Source: Myxococcota bacterium
GTDB lineage: Bacteria; Myxococcota_A; UBA9160; UBA6930
DNA: 64,000 bases
Direction: 5' to 3'
NCBI GenBank assembly: GCA_965223415.1
Contig: OZ245002.1
Location: 1,824,001-1,888,000 of the forward strand
Shown: piece by piece, positions 9,181 through 21,261 of the stretch
Layout of the letters: each line of letters opens with the position of its first letter
Position numbering within the stretch: the stretch's first letter is position 1
The notes under the pieces: generated by a model
Told to the model about the DNA's origin: nothing
The model's input: the letters and a program-made list of their open reading frames with translations, nothing else
The model's database searches: none
Translations under genes and position numbers: made by a program

Positions 9181-10368
9181 TCAGGTGGTGGGACGCGGCT
9201 CGCGGGGCAGCCCGAGGGCCCGCTCCGCGATCTGGTTGCGCTGCACCTGGTTGGTGCCGCCGTAGAGGGTATCGGAGCGGGTGAAGAGGAAGAGCTGCTG
9301 AAGCGGCGTGAGCTGGTAAGGCCCGCCCTCGAGGATCTGTCCCTCGTCGCCGAGCACGTCCATCGCCAGCTCGCCGAGCTTGCGGTGCCAGGTGGCCCAG
9401 TGGAGCTTGGTGATCAGGCCGGCGGGCTCGGTGCTCGCGTCCTTGGCACTGAGCGTGCGCAGGGCGTTGTAGCGCTGCATCTCCAGGCCCATCCAGGCAT
9501 CGGCGATGCGTTGGCGGTAGACCGGATCGCTCGCCTTCCCGTTCGCCCTGGCCAGCTCGATGATCTCTTGCAGCTCGCCGCGGAAGAGCATCTGCTGGCC
9601 CAGGGTCGAGACACCGCGCTCGAAGGCCAGCGTCCCCATCGTCACCTTCCAGCCGTCGCCGGGGCCGGCGATCAGGTCGTCCTTGCCGGTGCGTGCGCGG
9701 TTGTAGAAGACCTCTGCGAACTCGGACTCGCCGGTGATCTGCTCGATCGGCCGCACCTCGACGCCCTCCTGGTCCATCGGGACGAGGAGATAGGTCAGGC
9801 CCTTGTGCAGCTTCGAATCCGGATCCGTGCGGCAGAGGACGAAGCACCAGTCGGCGAAGGCGGCCCAGGAGGTCCACACCTTCTGGCCCTCGATCACCCA
9901 CTCGTCGCCTTCGAGCCAGGCCCGTGTCTGCACGTTGGCCACGTCGCTGCCGGCGTTCGGCTCCGAGAAGCCCTGGCACCAGATCTCCTCGCCGGCCACG
10001 ACCGGCGGCAGGAAGCGCCGCTTCTGCTCCTCGGTGCCGAAGGCGATGAGGGTCGGGCCGAGCAGCGTCTCGCCCATGTGGTTGAGCCGGGTCGGAGCGC
10101 CGGCCCGTGCGTACTCTTCGTGGAACACGACCTCCTGGGAGAGGGAGAGCCCGCGGCCCCCGTACCGGGCAGGCCAGCCGACGCAGGTCCAGCCGCCGGA
10201 AGCCAGCTTCTTCTCCCAGGCGCGACGTTCGTCGATGTGAGCGATGGCATCCGCCTGGGCCGCCCCGCTGCCGCGGAGCACGGCGAACTCGCCGGACAGG
10301 GCGTCATCCATCCACGCCGCCACCTCGCGGCGGAAGGCCTCGTCCTCGTCCGAGAATCGAACGTGCAT
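9181..10368 (-). CDS. acyl-CoA dehydrogenase, IpdE1/FadE30-like
   Basis: WCQGFSEPNAGSD, GQKVWTS, FLFTRSDTLYGGTNQVQRN; adjacent to ipdF. Confidence 0.85.
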   Translation of the reverse strand: MHVRFSDEDEAFRREVAAWMDDALSGEFAVLRGSGAAQADAIAHIDERRAWEKKLASGGWTCVGWPARYGGRGLSLSQEVVFHEEYARAGAPTRLNHMGETLLGPTLIAFGTEEQKRRFLPPVVAGEEIWCQGFSEPNAGSDVANVQTRAWLEGDEWVIEGQKVWTSWAAFADWCFVLCRTDPDSKLHKGLTYLLVPMDQEGVEVRPIEQITGESEFAEVFYNRARTGKDDLIAGPGDGWKVTMGTLAFERGVSTLGQQMLFRGELQEIIELARANGKASDPVYRQRIADAWMGLEMQRYNALRTLSAKDASTEPAGLITKLHWATWHRKLGELAMDVLGDEGQILEGGPYQLTPLQQLFLFTRSDTLYGGTNQVQRNQIAERALGLPREPRPTT

Positions 10369-10381
10369 CGCCAGTGGAAAT

Positions 10382-10402
10382 TACAATACGGTACGTATCG
10401 TA
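10382..10402. promoter_or_regulatory. putative TetR operator (9-3-9 inverted repeat) in a divergent promoter
   Basis: TACAATACG-GTA-CGTATCGTA; near-copy at 28170-28190. Confidence 0.65.
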
Positions 10403-10450
10403 TGCAAGTTCCGGGGCGAGCCCCCCTGGGAACGTGCTTCAATGGCGGCC

Positions 10451-11245
10451 ATGAGCATCCTCGACCGCTTCAAGCTCACCGATCGCGTCGCGGTCGTGAC
10501 CGGGGCCGGCAAGGGCATCGGACGCGGCATCGCCCTGGCCTTCGCCGAGGCCGGCGCCGACGTGGTGTGCGCGGCGCGCACCAAGGACGACCTGGAGACC
10601 ACGGCGGAGGGCATCCGCGAGCGCGGTCGCCGCGCCCTCGTGGTCCCGACCGACGTGCTCGAGAGCGAGCAGCTCGAGGCCCTGGTCGACGCCACCCTCA
10701 CTGGCTTCGGCCGCGTGGACGTGCTGGTGAACAACGCGGGCGGCACCGGCCCGCGCCCCGCCCTCCAGACCAGCGAGCGCTACTTCGAGAACGCCCTGCG
10801 CTTCAACGTCACCCAGGCCTTCCTGCTCTCGCGCCTCGTCATCCCGAAGATGGTCGAGAGCGCCGGGGGCGGCGCCATCGTGAACGTTTCGAGCCGCTCG
10901 AGCGACATGGTGCAGACCTCCTTCGTGGCCTACGCCGCCGGCAAGGCCGCCCTCAACATGATGACCCGCAACCTGGCCGCCGAGGTGGCGCCGAAGGTGC
11001 GCGTCAACGCCATCTCCGTGGGCGGCGTCGAGACCGAAGGCCTCGCGGTCGTGCTCACCAACGAGGCGCTGCGCGAGCAGTTCAACACCGGCACGCCGAT
11101 GGGGCGGCCCGGCACCGTCGAGGACATCGCCGCGGCGGCCCTCTACCTGGCGTCGCCCGCCTCGGCGTGGGTGACGGGCAAGATCTTCCAGGTGGACGGG
11201 GGTTCCAATGCTCCCGCCATGAGCGTTCCGGTCCCGGAGCTGTAA
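10451..11245 (+). CDS. SDR oxidoreductase (7-alpha-hydroxysteroid dehydrogenase-like)
   Basis: TGAGKGIG, NNAGG, YAAGK; start at 10442 or 10451. Confidence 0.85.
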   Translation: MSILDRFKLTDRVAVVTGAGKGIGRGIALAFAEAGADVVCAARTKDDLETTAEGIRERGRRALVVPTDVLESEQLEALVDATLTGFGRVDVLVNNAGGTGPRPALQTSERYFENALRFNVTQAFLLSRLVIPKMVESAGGGAIVNVSSRSSDMVQTSFVAYAAGKAALNMMTRNLAAEVAPKVRVNAISVGGVETEGLAVVLTNEALREQFNTGTPMGRPGTVEDIAAAALYLASPASAWVTGKIFQVDGGSNAPAMSVPVPEL

Positions 11246-11255
11246 GGAGCTCGCC

Positions 11256-12323
11256 ATGCGCGTCGGCGTCCTCGGTATCTACCAGAACTACCTTGGCCGG
11301 GAGAGCGACGCGGAGATGATGGCCGCGGAGATGCGCCTCGCCGACGGGGTGGAGCCCCTCGGTTACGACAGCTACTGGCCTCCCGAGCACCACTTCACCG
11401 ACTACTCGCTCTGCCCGGACAACGTGCAGGTGCTCTCGTGGCTCGCCGGCCGCACCACGAAGCTGCGGCTCGGCACCGGCGCGGTGATCGTTCCGTGGAA
11501 CGACCCGCTGCGCGTCGCCGAGAGGGTGGCGCTGCTCGACCATCTTTCCGGGGGCCGTGCGATCCTGGGCCTCGGCCGCGGCCTCTCGCGCACTGAGTAC
11601 GGCCACTTCCAGATCGAGATGGACTCGAGCCGGGCGCGCTTCGACGAGGCCTCCCAGATGATCATCGACGCCCTCGAGACCGGCTTCATCGAAGGCGACG
11701 GACCGCACTATCCCCAGGTGCGCACGCCGATCCGCCCGCGGCCGGCGAAGAGCTTCCGCGAGCGCTTCTACGCCGTCGGCCTCTCACCGGACTCGGTGGA
11801 GCAGGCCGCCCGCCTCGGGGCGCGCCTCATGACCTTCACCCAGCAGCCCTGGCAGATGTACGCCGACGGCGCCTGGGCGGACTACAAGCGCCACTGGGCG
11901 AAGCACCGCGGCGGCGAGGTCCCGGCCCCGCTCACCGGCGACTTGATGTTCTGCGACCCGAGCGCCGACCGTGCCGAGGCCATGGCCCGGGAGTACATGA
12001 GCAACTACTTCCTCAGCATCGTCGACCACTACGAGCTGATGAGCGAGCACTTCGAGGGCGTCGGCGGCTACGAGCTCTACGCGAGCTCCGCCGAGGTCTT
12101 CCGCGCCGCCGGAGTCGAGCCCGCCGCCGAGACGTACATCGGCATCCAGACCTGGGGCACTCCCCAGCAGATCCTCGAGCGCTTCGAGGAGAGGCATCGG
12201 CTGCTCGGGCCGTTCGAAGTGCTGCTGCTCGCGCGCTACGGCGGGATGGGCATCGAGAACGCCGAGGGCAGCCTGGGGTGTTTCGCCGAGGAGGTTCTAC
12301 CGGAGGTCCACAGCTGGACCTAG
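11256..12323 (+). CDS. LLM-class flavin-dependent oxidoreductase
   Basis: PEHHFTDY, LDHLSGGRAILGLGRG. Confidence 0.85.
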   Translation: MRVGVLGIYQNYLGRESDAEMMAAEMRLADGVEPLGYDSYWPPEHHFTDYSLCPDNVQVLSWLAGRTTKLRLGTGAVIVPWNDPLRVAERVALLDHLSGGRAILGLGRGLSRTEYGHFQIEMDSSRARFDEASQMIIDALETGFIEGDGPHYPQVRTPIRPRPAKSFRERFYAVGLSPDSVEQAARLGARLMTFTQQPWQMYADGAWADYKRHWAKHRGGEVPAPLTGDLMFCDPSADRAEAMAREYMSNYFLSIVDHYELMSEHFEGVGGYELYASSAEVFRAAGVEPAAETYIGIQTWGTPQQILERFEERHRLLGPFEVLLLARYGGMGIENAEGSLGCFAEEVLPEVHSWT

Positions 12324-12419
12324 GCGAGCCGGGGCACCTGCTCCGGAGCCGGGCTTCGGCTCAGGAAGTTCCCGCGGGCGGCCGATAGGGGCACTTCGCA
12401 TCACCGCGAAGGCCCCGAC

Positions 12420-13601
12420 ATGCCTGCTGGAGAGAAGACCCCGCATCGCGTCCTCCTCGTGGACGACGAGGTCCGGGTCACCCACAACCTGCGCGCGCTG
12501 TTCCGCCGCCTCCCCCTCGAGGTGTTCACCGCAGCCAGCGCCGAAGACGCCCTCGCGCTCCTCGCCGAGCAGCCCGTCGACGTCGTGGTCTCGGACGAGC
12601 GGATGCCCGGGATGCCGGGCTCCCGATTCCTCGCGGAGGTGCGCCGCCTCTACCCGGACACCGTCCGGATGATCCTCACGGGCCAGGCCAGTCTGGAATC
12701 CACCATCGATGCGATCAACGAGGGCGGGATCTTCCGCTTCCTCACCAAGCCGTGCGATGGCGAGGACCTGGTATCGGCCATCGAGGAGGCAGTCTCGGTC
12801 CGGGTGAAGCAGCGCGCGATGCACCTCGACCGGATGGCGGGCCCCGCCAGCGCGCTCGGGTCCAGCGAGGCCGCCTTCGAAGCGGCCCTGGACAGCTCCT
12901 GGATGGCCTATCAACCGATCCTCTCCGGTGCCACGCAGGCGGGTGTGGGCTACGAAGCCCTGCTCCGGCCGGACCACCCCGAGTTCCCGGGCCCGATGGA
13001 GCTGATCCACACAGCGGAGATGCTGGGGCGGATCCCGGACCTCGAGCTGCGCGTCTTCGAGCTGATCAGCGCCGAGCTCGACCAGACGCACCCGGACCTC
13101 CATCTCCTCGTGAACCTGCACCCGCAGATGCTGAACGAGAGTCAGATCTTCGACGCGGACCTGCCCCTCCACCGTCACTCGAAGCGCATCTACCTCGAGA
13201 TCACGGAGCGCGCGCCCCTCGAGAGCGTTCCCGGATGCCGCGAGAAGGTCGCGGCCCTGCGCGAGCGCGGCTATCGCATCGCCCTGGACGACCTGGGCGC
13301 CGGCTACTCGGGCCTCGCCAGCTTCGCGGAGCTCCAGCCCGACCTGGTGAAGTTCGATCGAACCCTCGTCTCCCACGTCCAGGACCGCCCCGTGCAGAGC
13401 CGCCTGATCTCCTCCGTCGTCCGCGTGTGCCAGGAGATGTCGATCACCACCGTCGCCGAGGGCGTGGAGCACCGGGAGGAGCGCGACCACCTGGTCGCCC
13501 TGGGCTGCGACTACTTCCAGGGCTTCTTCTTCGGAAGGCCGGGGAAGGCATTCCCCGAGCCGAACTGGAACGGAATCCCGCCGAGGAGCTCGAAACGATG
13601 A
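12420..13601 (+). CDS. REC-EAL response regulator (c-di-GMP phosphodiesterase)
   Basis: LLVDDE, SDERMP, FLTKP; YEALLR, DDLGAGYS, KFDR, AEGVE, QG. Confidence 0.9.
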   Translation: MPAGEKTPHRVLLVDDEVRVTHNLRALFRRLPLEVFTAASAEDALALLAEQPVDVVVSDERMPGMPGSRFLAEVRRLYPDTVRMILTGQASLESTIDAINEGGIFRFLTKPCDGEDLVSAIEEAVSVRVKQRAMHLDRMAGPASALGSSEAAFEAALDSSWMAYQPILSGATQAGVGYEALLRPDHPEFPGPMELIHTAEMLGRIPDLELRVFELISAELDQTHPDLHLLVNLHPQMLNESQIFDADLPLHRHSKRIYLEITERAPLESVPGCREKVAALRERGYRIALDDLGAGYSGLASFAELQPDLVKFDRTLVSHVQDRPVQSRLISSVVRVCQEMSITTVAEGVEHREERDHLVALGCDYFQGFFFGRPGKAFPEPNWNGIPPRSSKR

Positions 13602-14710
13602 CCCGCCTGGTCCGGTTGGCGGCGCTGTGTCTTGCCGCAATGCTCGTCCTGGGAGCGCCCGCCAGCCTTGCGGCCGATCGATCCGGCAGCGGCTGGCCGA
13701 GCCTGCGCCTCCCCTGGCTGGACGCGGCCCGCAGCTCGTCGGAGAACTTCCGCCTCACTCTCGACCTGAGCCAACGCGCCCTCTTCTCCGAGGAGACCGA
13801 CGAGCTCGGTTTCGTGACAGCTCTGGGGCTCGATAGCCACAAGGTCTTCACCGGCGAGAAAGGCGATTGGGCCACGCTCACCCTGCAGGGCTACCTGACC
13901 AAGACGGAGGACGTGCCGGGAGCACCTCCGTTCTTCGAGGGCGCCGATGATTGGGAGTTCGTCTTCCGGATCTTCAACGCGAACTTCGCCCTGCTCGAGC
14001 GCCAGAAGCTCAACCTGCGCGTCGGGCATTTCGAGCTCCCCTACGGACTCGAGCACTCCATCAACACGAATGGAACGCTCCGGGACTTCACCCACGGGGC
14101 CAATCTCGGCATCAAGGCCGACTGGGGCGTTTCGCTGAACGGCGTCCTTCCCTCGTTCGAGTACGAGGTCGGCGTCACCCGTGGCGTGGCGGACGAAGCG
14201 GACGGTGAGCGGACCTACCTGCTGGCCGGCCGCGTCGGCACGCCCTCGGATGGGGGTGTGGTCGCAGGGCTGTCCTTCATGCACGGCCGGCTCTCGAACG
14301 AACGCGCCGTGGGGCTGTGGAAGGCGAGCCTGCGCGACGCCGCCGAAGGCGCCGGAACCAAGCACATCCTGCGACGAACTCGCGTCGGCCTCGACCTCCA
14401 GTGGCACCTCGAGCCCGCCAGCGTGCTCGCGGAGCTGAGCTGGGGGGAGGACTTCGATCGCCAGGTGCTGAACGCTCTGCTCGAGCTGGATCGTGAGCTC
14501 GGCATGAGCACCACGCTCTACCTGCAGGGCCGGCACTTCGCGCGGGAGTGGGGAAGCAGCTGGGATCAGGCTTCCACCGTGGCTTTGGGTGCCCGCTACA
14601 CGCCGGACGGCCATTGGGCGGTGAGCGCTCAGCTGGAGACCGACCTTTCGACCTTCGGAGCCAAGCGCCGGGATGTCCGGCTCGCAGCGCAGCTCCGGTA
14701 CCGTTTCTGA
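13598..14710 (+). CDS. putative outer-membrane beta-barrel protein
   Basis: ATGA overlap with the upstream gene; signal peptide; amphipathic strands; GHFELPYGLE; C-terminal QLRYRF. Confidence 0.65.
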   Translation: MTRLVRLAALCLAAMLVLGAPASLAADRSGSGWPSLRLPWLDAARSSSENFRLTLDLSQRALFSEETDELGFVTALGLDSHKVFTGEKGDWATLTLQGYLTKTEDVPGAPPFFEGADDWEFVFRIFNANFALLERQKLNLRVGHFELPYGLEHSINTNGTLRDFTHGANLGIKADWGVSLNGVLPSFEYEVGVTRGVADEADGERTYLLAGRVGTPSDGGVVAGLSFMHGRLSNERAVGLWKASLRDAAEGAGTKHILRRTRVGLDLQWHLEPASVLAELSWGEDFDRQVLNALLELDRELGMSTTLYLQGRHFAREWGSSWDQASTVALGARYTPDGHWAVSAQLETDLSTFGAKRRDVRLAAQLRYRF

Positions 14711-14720
14711 GGAGCAGGGA

Positions 14721-15383
14721 ATGGTTCCCATCGTCTCGAGAGCGCTCAGCGGTGCCCTCGCCGCCCTCTTTCTGCTCGCGATTCCCGGCTCGGCCGCCGG
14801 GCAGGCGTACTGCGCGCTGCGCGATCCGATTCGCAGCATCTACCGCCTCTTTCCAGATGCGGACAGCCACGTCTCGATCGTTCGCGAGGTCAGCAACGAG
14901 GCGCGCCAGGAGGTGGGCAGGCGCCTGCCCTTCACGCTTCACTCGACCGAGCTGGGCACCCACACCATCTACGTCGCGCAACACGACGGCGTCGCCGAGG
15001 GCATCGTGCACGTGCGGTCAGAGCCCAGCGAGTGGGGTCTCGTAGAGGTCGCCTGGGCCATCGACACGGAGCTACGGATCACGGGCTTCGAGATCCAACG
15101 CTGCCGCAGCCGTCAGCGAGAGGCCGTGGAGGCCGAGGCCTTCCGGAACCAGCTCACGGGAGCCTCGAGCGACGAGTTGCGAAGGCTGATCGGAAGCGAC
15201 GGGACGATCCGAGCGGAGGTGCTCGAGGTTCCCCCGGAGGCCCGCGTGCTCGCGGCCGCCCTCGTACGGAGCGGGCTGAAGACCCTCGAAGTCACGCCGG
15301 TCGTGTGGGCGGAGGACCTGGCACCGCGCGGCTTCGCCACCGCCTCGCCCGTTGGAGACGCTCCGCCGGCGAACGCCGAGTAG
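14721..15383 (+). CDS. secreted hypothetical protein (FMN-binding-domain-like, tentative)
   Basis: Signal peptide; IYRLFPDA...FRNQLTG; sits inside the operon. Confidence 0.55.
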   Translation: MVPIVSRALSGALAALFLLAIPGSAAGQAYCALRDPIRSIYRLFPDADSHVSIVREVSNEARQEVGRRLPFTLHSTELGTHTIYVAQHDGVAEGIVHVRSEPSEWGLVEVAWAIDTELRITGFEIQRCRSRQREAVEAEAFRNQLTGASSDELRRLIGSDGTIRAEVLEVPPEARVLAAALVRSGLKTLEVTPVVWAEDLAPRGFATASPVGDAPPANAE

Positions 15384-15386
15384 GCA

Positions 15387-17345
<1,959 letters not shown>

Positions 17346-17411
17346 AAGTGGCTCCGTCGGTGTGCTTGATGGAAGTGCCAACCACCATCATGCCTCCGAG
17401 GAGCCACATTC

Positions 17412-18779
17412 GTGAAGCTAAGCAGACACCGGATTCGAGCCCGCGTCAAGGGCGAATTGTCGATCGCCTTCACGGATGAGGCGCTGACGAGCTACGGCGG
17501 GCTGGAGCTGTTCCGGCGCTTCTTCGACCGCTTTTGGGCAGAGCGCCTGAAAGCGGCCTTTGCGGATCGGGCGTTCGACTCGGACTACGGATCCTTCCGC
17601 TGCATGCTGGTGGTGGTGGGGATGCTGCTGCTGGGAGGGAGCCGTCTCTCGCATGTCCGGGTGCTCGATCGGGATCCGTTGTTTCGGCGGTTCGTCCGAT
17701 TGCAGCGGCTTCCGGACGAGCGGACCCTGGCGAGGAACCTGAAGGAGCTGACGTCGGGCTACCGCGATCGTCTGAACGAACTGCTGCGGGACATGGCCTA
17801 TGGAACCCACACAGGGCTCGGCTTGGAGCGGGCCACGATCGAGCTGGACGGCACCGTGCTTCGGACGGGCGAGTACGTGGACGGCGCCGAGCGCGGCTTC
17901 AACCCACATCACCCGAAGGACCCGTCCTACTACCCGCTGACGGCGCACCTGGCGCAGACGAGCCAGCTGCTCGGCGTATGGAACCGGCCGGGCAATGTGA
18001 ACGATGCGGTGGGCGCTGCGGAGAAGCTGGCCTTTCTCCTGGGCGACGCGAAGCGGCGCCTCGATCGGGTCCCGATCGAGGTGCGGCTCGATGGCGCCTT
18101 CTTCCAGAAGGCCGTTCTCGAGGTTCTCACGGCCTCTCGCGTGGAGTACGCCCTCAAGGTCCCCATGTGGCGCTGGCTCGGCGTGCGTGAGAAGATCGCC
18201 GCCCGGAAGCGTTGGCACCGCGTCAACGCGAGCGTCGACGCCTTCTCCGTCGTCCACCGGATCCCACAGTGGAAGCGCTGCGAGCGGATCGTGGTGTTCC
18301 GCAAGAAGGTCTCCGGGCGAAGCGCGAAGAACTTCCAGCTCGACCTCTTCACCCCGGACGATGGCCACTACGAGTACTCGATGGTCGCGACGAACAAGCG
18401 GACCAGCGAGGCCGCCGTCTGGGCCTTCATGGCCGGACGCGGCGGCCACGAGAAGACGCTGGCCGAGCTCAAACAGCACCTGGCGTTCGCCACCATCCCG
18501 ACCCAGGACTGGGACGCCAACAGCAACTGGCAGCTGCTCAGTGCCCTGACCCACAACCTGGTGCGGGACTTCCAAGCCACGCTTGGCCTGCCAGAGCGAC
18601 CCAACGGCCGAAAGCGGACCGCCCGGCTCCGCTTCCCCTCGCTCCGCACGCTCCGCTTCGAGCTGATCCAGCTCCCTGGCCGCATCGCTCGGCCTGCCGG
18701 ACGCGCTTCGCTCCGAATCGCCGCGTCCTCGCGCAGCCGCTCCACCATCCGGGCCGCCGAGACCGCGCTCGCCGCGTGA
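17412..18779 (+). CDS. IS1380-family DDE transposase
   Basis: LTSYGGL, IELDGT, SYYPL, VRLDGAF, RGGHEKTLAELK. Confidence 0.9.
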   Translation: MKLSRHRIRARVKGELSIAFTDEALTSYGGLELFRRFFDRFWAERLKAAFADRAFDSDYGSFRCMLVVVGMLLLGGSRLSHVRVLDRDPLFRRFVRLQRLPDERTLARNLKELTSGYRDRLNELLRDMAYGTHTGLGLERATIELDGTVLRTGEYVDGAERGFNPHHPKDPSYYPLTAHLAQTSQLLGVWNRPGNVNDAVGAAEKLAFLLGDAKRRLDRVPIEVRLDGAFFQKAVLEVLTASRVEYALKVPMWRWLGVREKIAARKRWHRVNASVDAFSVVHRIPQWKRCERIVVFRKKVSGRSAKNFQLDLFTPDDGHYEYSMVATNKRTSEAAVWAFMAGRGGHEKTLAELKQHLAFATIPTQDWDANSNWQLLSALTHNLVRDFQATLGLPERPNGRKRTARLRFPSLRTLRFELIQLPGRIARPAGRASLRIAASSRSRSTIRAAETALAA

Positions 18780-18827
18780 GCCCGCCAGACCTACGCTCGG
18801 ATCCGTGATCTCAATGCCGGATCAGGG

Positions 18828-19616
18828 CTAGCCCCCCTTCGGCGGCTCCACGGGAAGCTTGAAGGCGTCGATCGAGCCTGCGCCATCGACACACAGCACC
18901 TGCCCGTTGACGAAGCGAGCGGCGTCGCTCACGAGGAAGAGCACGGCGTTGGCAATGTCCTGACGGGTGCCGGTCACCCCCTTCGCGGCCACCCCTTCCA
19001 CGGCGCCTTCGAAGCGCTCGAGCCCCTCGGTATCGGCGATGCCACCGGGCGCGACCGCGTTGACGCGAATGCCGAGGGGCGCCCACTCGACGGCGCAGCT
19101 TCGGGTGAGCGAGTCGACGCCGGTCTTGGCCGCAGCGACGTGGGCCTGGAGCGCGACGCCCATGCCGTCGAAGGGTGCCGTGATGTTGACGATGTTGCCG
19201 CCGTGCTCGGCGAGCCAGGCCGTGAAGGCGGCTTTCGACACGTTGTAGGTGCCGAGCAGGTCGATCGCGACGATGGCGCGGAAGCCGTTGTAGGAGATGT
19301 TCCGCATCGAAGCGGGGAAGTTGCCCGCGGCGTTGTTCACGACCACGTCGAGGCGACCGAAGCGCTCGAGGATGCCCGCGACCATCGCCTCTACCTGGTC
19401 CGGCTCCCGCACGTCACAGGTGTCGACGAAGACATCGAGTCCCTCGCCCTCGAGCTCCTTCGCCGTCGCGTCGAGCACCTCGCGCCGGCGCGCAGCGAGG
19501 GCCAGGCGGGCGCCGTGGCCGCCGAGTGTGCGCGCGATCTCCTTCCCGATCCCCGTGCCGCCGCCGGTGACGAGGGCGACTTGTCCCTCGAGGATGCCCT
19601 CGCGAAAGACACTCAT
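18828..19616 (-). CDS. SDR, 2,4-dienoyl-CoA reductase-like
   Basis: ATG 19616; TGGGTGIG, NNAAGNF, HVAAAK. Confidence 0.85.
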   Translation of the reverse strand: MSVFREGILEGQVALVTGGGTGIGKEIARTLGGHGARLALAARRREVLDATAKELEGEGLDVFVDTCDVREPDQVEAMVAGILERFGRLDVVVNNAAGNFPASMRNISYNGFRAIVAIDLLGTYNVSKAAFTAWLAEHGGNIVNITAPFDGMGVALQAHVAAAKTGVDSLTRSCAVEWAPLGIRVNAVAPGGIADTEGLERFEGAVEGVAAKGVTGTRQDIANAVLFLVSDAARFVNGQVLCVDGAGSIDAFKLPVEPPKGG

Positions 19617-20755
19617 TTGATCGCTCCTGCCTCGCGCAGCTTGCCGATCTCGTCGGCGGCGAAGCCGCGCTCGGCGAGCACGGCCTCGGTATCGGCACCC
19701 GGGTGGGCGGGTGAGCCTCCCGGCTCGCCCGGCGTGCGGGAGAAACGCGGTGCCGGGACCAGCTCCGGCATGGGACCGCCCTTGCGAAAGGACGCGCGGG
19801 CCGTGTGGTGCGGGTAGCCCTGCGCCTCGCCCAGGCCGAGCACCGGCGCGAAGCACGCGTCCGTTCCTTCGAGAAGGGCGCACCACTCGTCACGGGTCCG
19901 CGTGCGGAAGATCTCGGCGAAGCGCTCCCGCAGCTCGGGCCAGGCGGAGAGGTCGTACTGGTCCGGCAGATCAGCAGGATCGAGCCCCATCTTCTCGACC
20001 AGGAGCGCGTAGAAGTGGCGCTCGACCGGCGCCACGCTCACGTACTTTCCGTCCTTCGTCTCGTAGACGTTGTAGAAGGGAGCGCCCCCGTCGAAGAGGT
20101 TCGATCCCATCTCCTCGCCGTGCATGCCCATCTGCGCCATCGAATAGAAGGGCGTGAGGAGCGACATGGTGCCGTCCACCATCGCGGCGTCGACGACCTG
20201 CCCCTTGCCGGAGCGCCGCGCCTCGACCAACGCACACACCACGCCGAAGGCGAGCAGCAGCCCGCCGCCGGCGAAATCGCCGATGATGTTCAGCAGCGGC
20301 ACCGGCGGGCCGCCCCGGGGCCCGATCGCGCGGATGACGCCGGTAATCGCCTCGTAGTTCAGCGAGTGGCCGGCGCTCTGGGCCAGGGGCCCCTCCTGGC
20401 CCCAGCCGGTGAGGCGCCCGTACACGATGCGCGGATTTCGCCCCATCACGTCGTCGGGGCCGACGCCGAGACGTTCGGTGACGCCAGGGCGGAAGGACTC
20501 GAGGAAGACGTCGGCGCCCTCGGCGAGGCGCAGCACCGTGGCCACGCCCTCCGGGTGCTTGAGGTCGACGCCGACGGAGCGCCGACCGCGGTCCCAGAAG
20601 TTGGAGCCCCCGGGCGAAGGCTCGTCGGGGACCTCGGAAGCGCGGTCGAGGCGCACCACGTCCGCACCCATGTCGGCGAGCTTGAGCGACCCGAAGGGCA
20701 GCGCCCCGAGGCCCGCGAGCTCGATCACCTTCACACCGTCGAGAGGTCCAGCCAT
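19613..20755 (-). CDS. CaiB/BaiF CoA-transferase / alpha-methylacyl-CoA racemase
   Basis: ATG 20755; GPLDGVKVIELAG, FRPGVTERLG, GDFAGGG, GQVVDAAMVDG. Confidence 0.9.
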   Translation of the reverse strand: MAGPLDGVKVIELAGLGALPFGSLKLADMGADVVRLDRASEVPDEPSPGGSNFWDRGRRSVGVDLKHPEGVATVLRLAEGADVFLESFRPGVTERLGVGPDDVMGRNPRIVYGRLTGWGQEGPLAQSAGHSLNYEAITGVIRAIGPRGGPPVPLLNIIGDFAGGGLLLAFGVVCALVEARRSGKGQVVDAAMVDGTMSLLTPFYSMAQMGMHGEEMGSNLFDGGAPFYNVYETKDGKYVSVAPVERHFYALLVEKMGLDPADLPDQYDLSAWPELRERFAEIFRTRTRDEWCALLEGTDACFAPVLGLGEAQGYPHHTARASFRKGGPMPELVPAPRFSRTPGEPGGSPAHPGADTEAVLAERGFAADEIGKLREAGAIK

Positions 20756-20829
20756 GCCAGCGACGCTACGGCGGCGCGGGCGGGCTTGCCAGGTCGCGAA
20801 CTGGCGCGGCACCTGCGACGCTTCGGGCC

Positions 20830-21261
20830 ATGAAGCGGAATACCCGCCTGCTCGCGTACGGCGTCGGCGCGCTACTCGCCATCCAGCTCGTCCCCATCGA
20901 TCGCTCGAACCCGCCCGCTCAGGGCGAGGTCGAGGCGCCCCAGGCCGTCCAGGCCATCCTCGAGCGCTCCTGCTACGACTGCCACTCCTACGAGACGCGC
21001 TGGCCCTGGTACGGATACGTCGCACCGATCTCCTGGTTGCTGGCCTTCGACGTCCACGAAGGCCGCGAGCACCTGAACTTCTCGACCTGGGGCCTGCTGG
21101 ACGACGAGGACCGCGAGCACGCACTCGAGGAGACCTGGGAGATGGTCGAGGAGGGCGAGATGCCGCTCTGGTTCTACCTCCCCCCCCACCCGGAAGCGCG
21201 CCTCTCGGGGGCGGACGTGGAAGCCCTGCGCGTCTGGACCGGTGGCGAAGCGCCCGAGTAG
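20830..21261 (+). CDS. heme-binding (Haem_bd) monoheme c-type cytochrome
   Basis: SCYDCHS..T.WPWY..VAP, LNFS, MPL. Confidence 0.85.
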   Translation: MKRNTRLLAYGVGALLAIQLVPIDRSNPPAQGEVEAPQAVQAILERSCYDCHSYETRWPWYGYVAPISWLLAFDVHEGREHLNFSTWGLLDDEDREHALEETWEMVEEGEMPLWFYLPPHPEARLSGADVEALRVWTGGEAPE

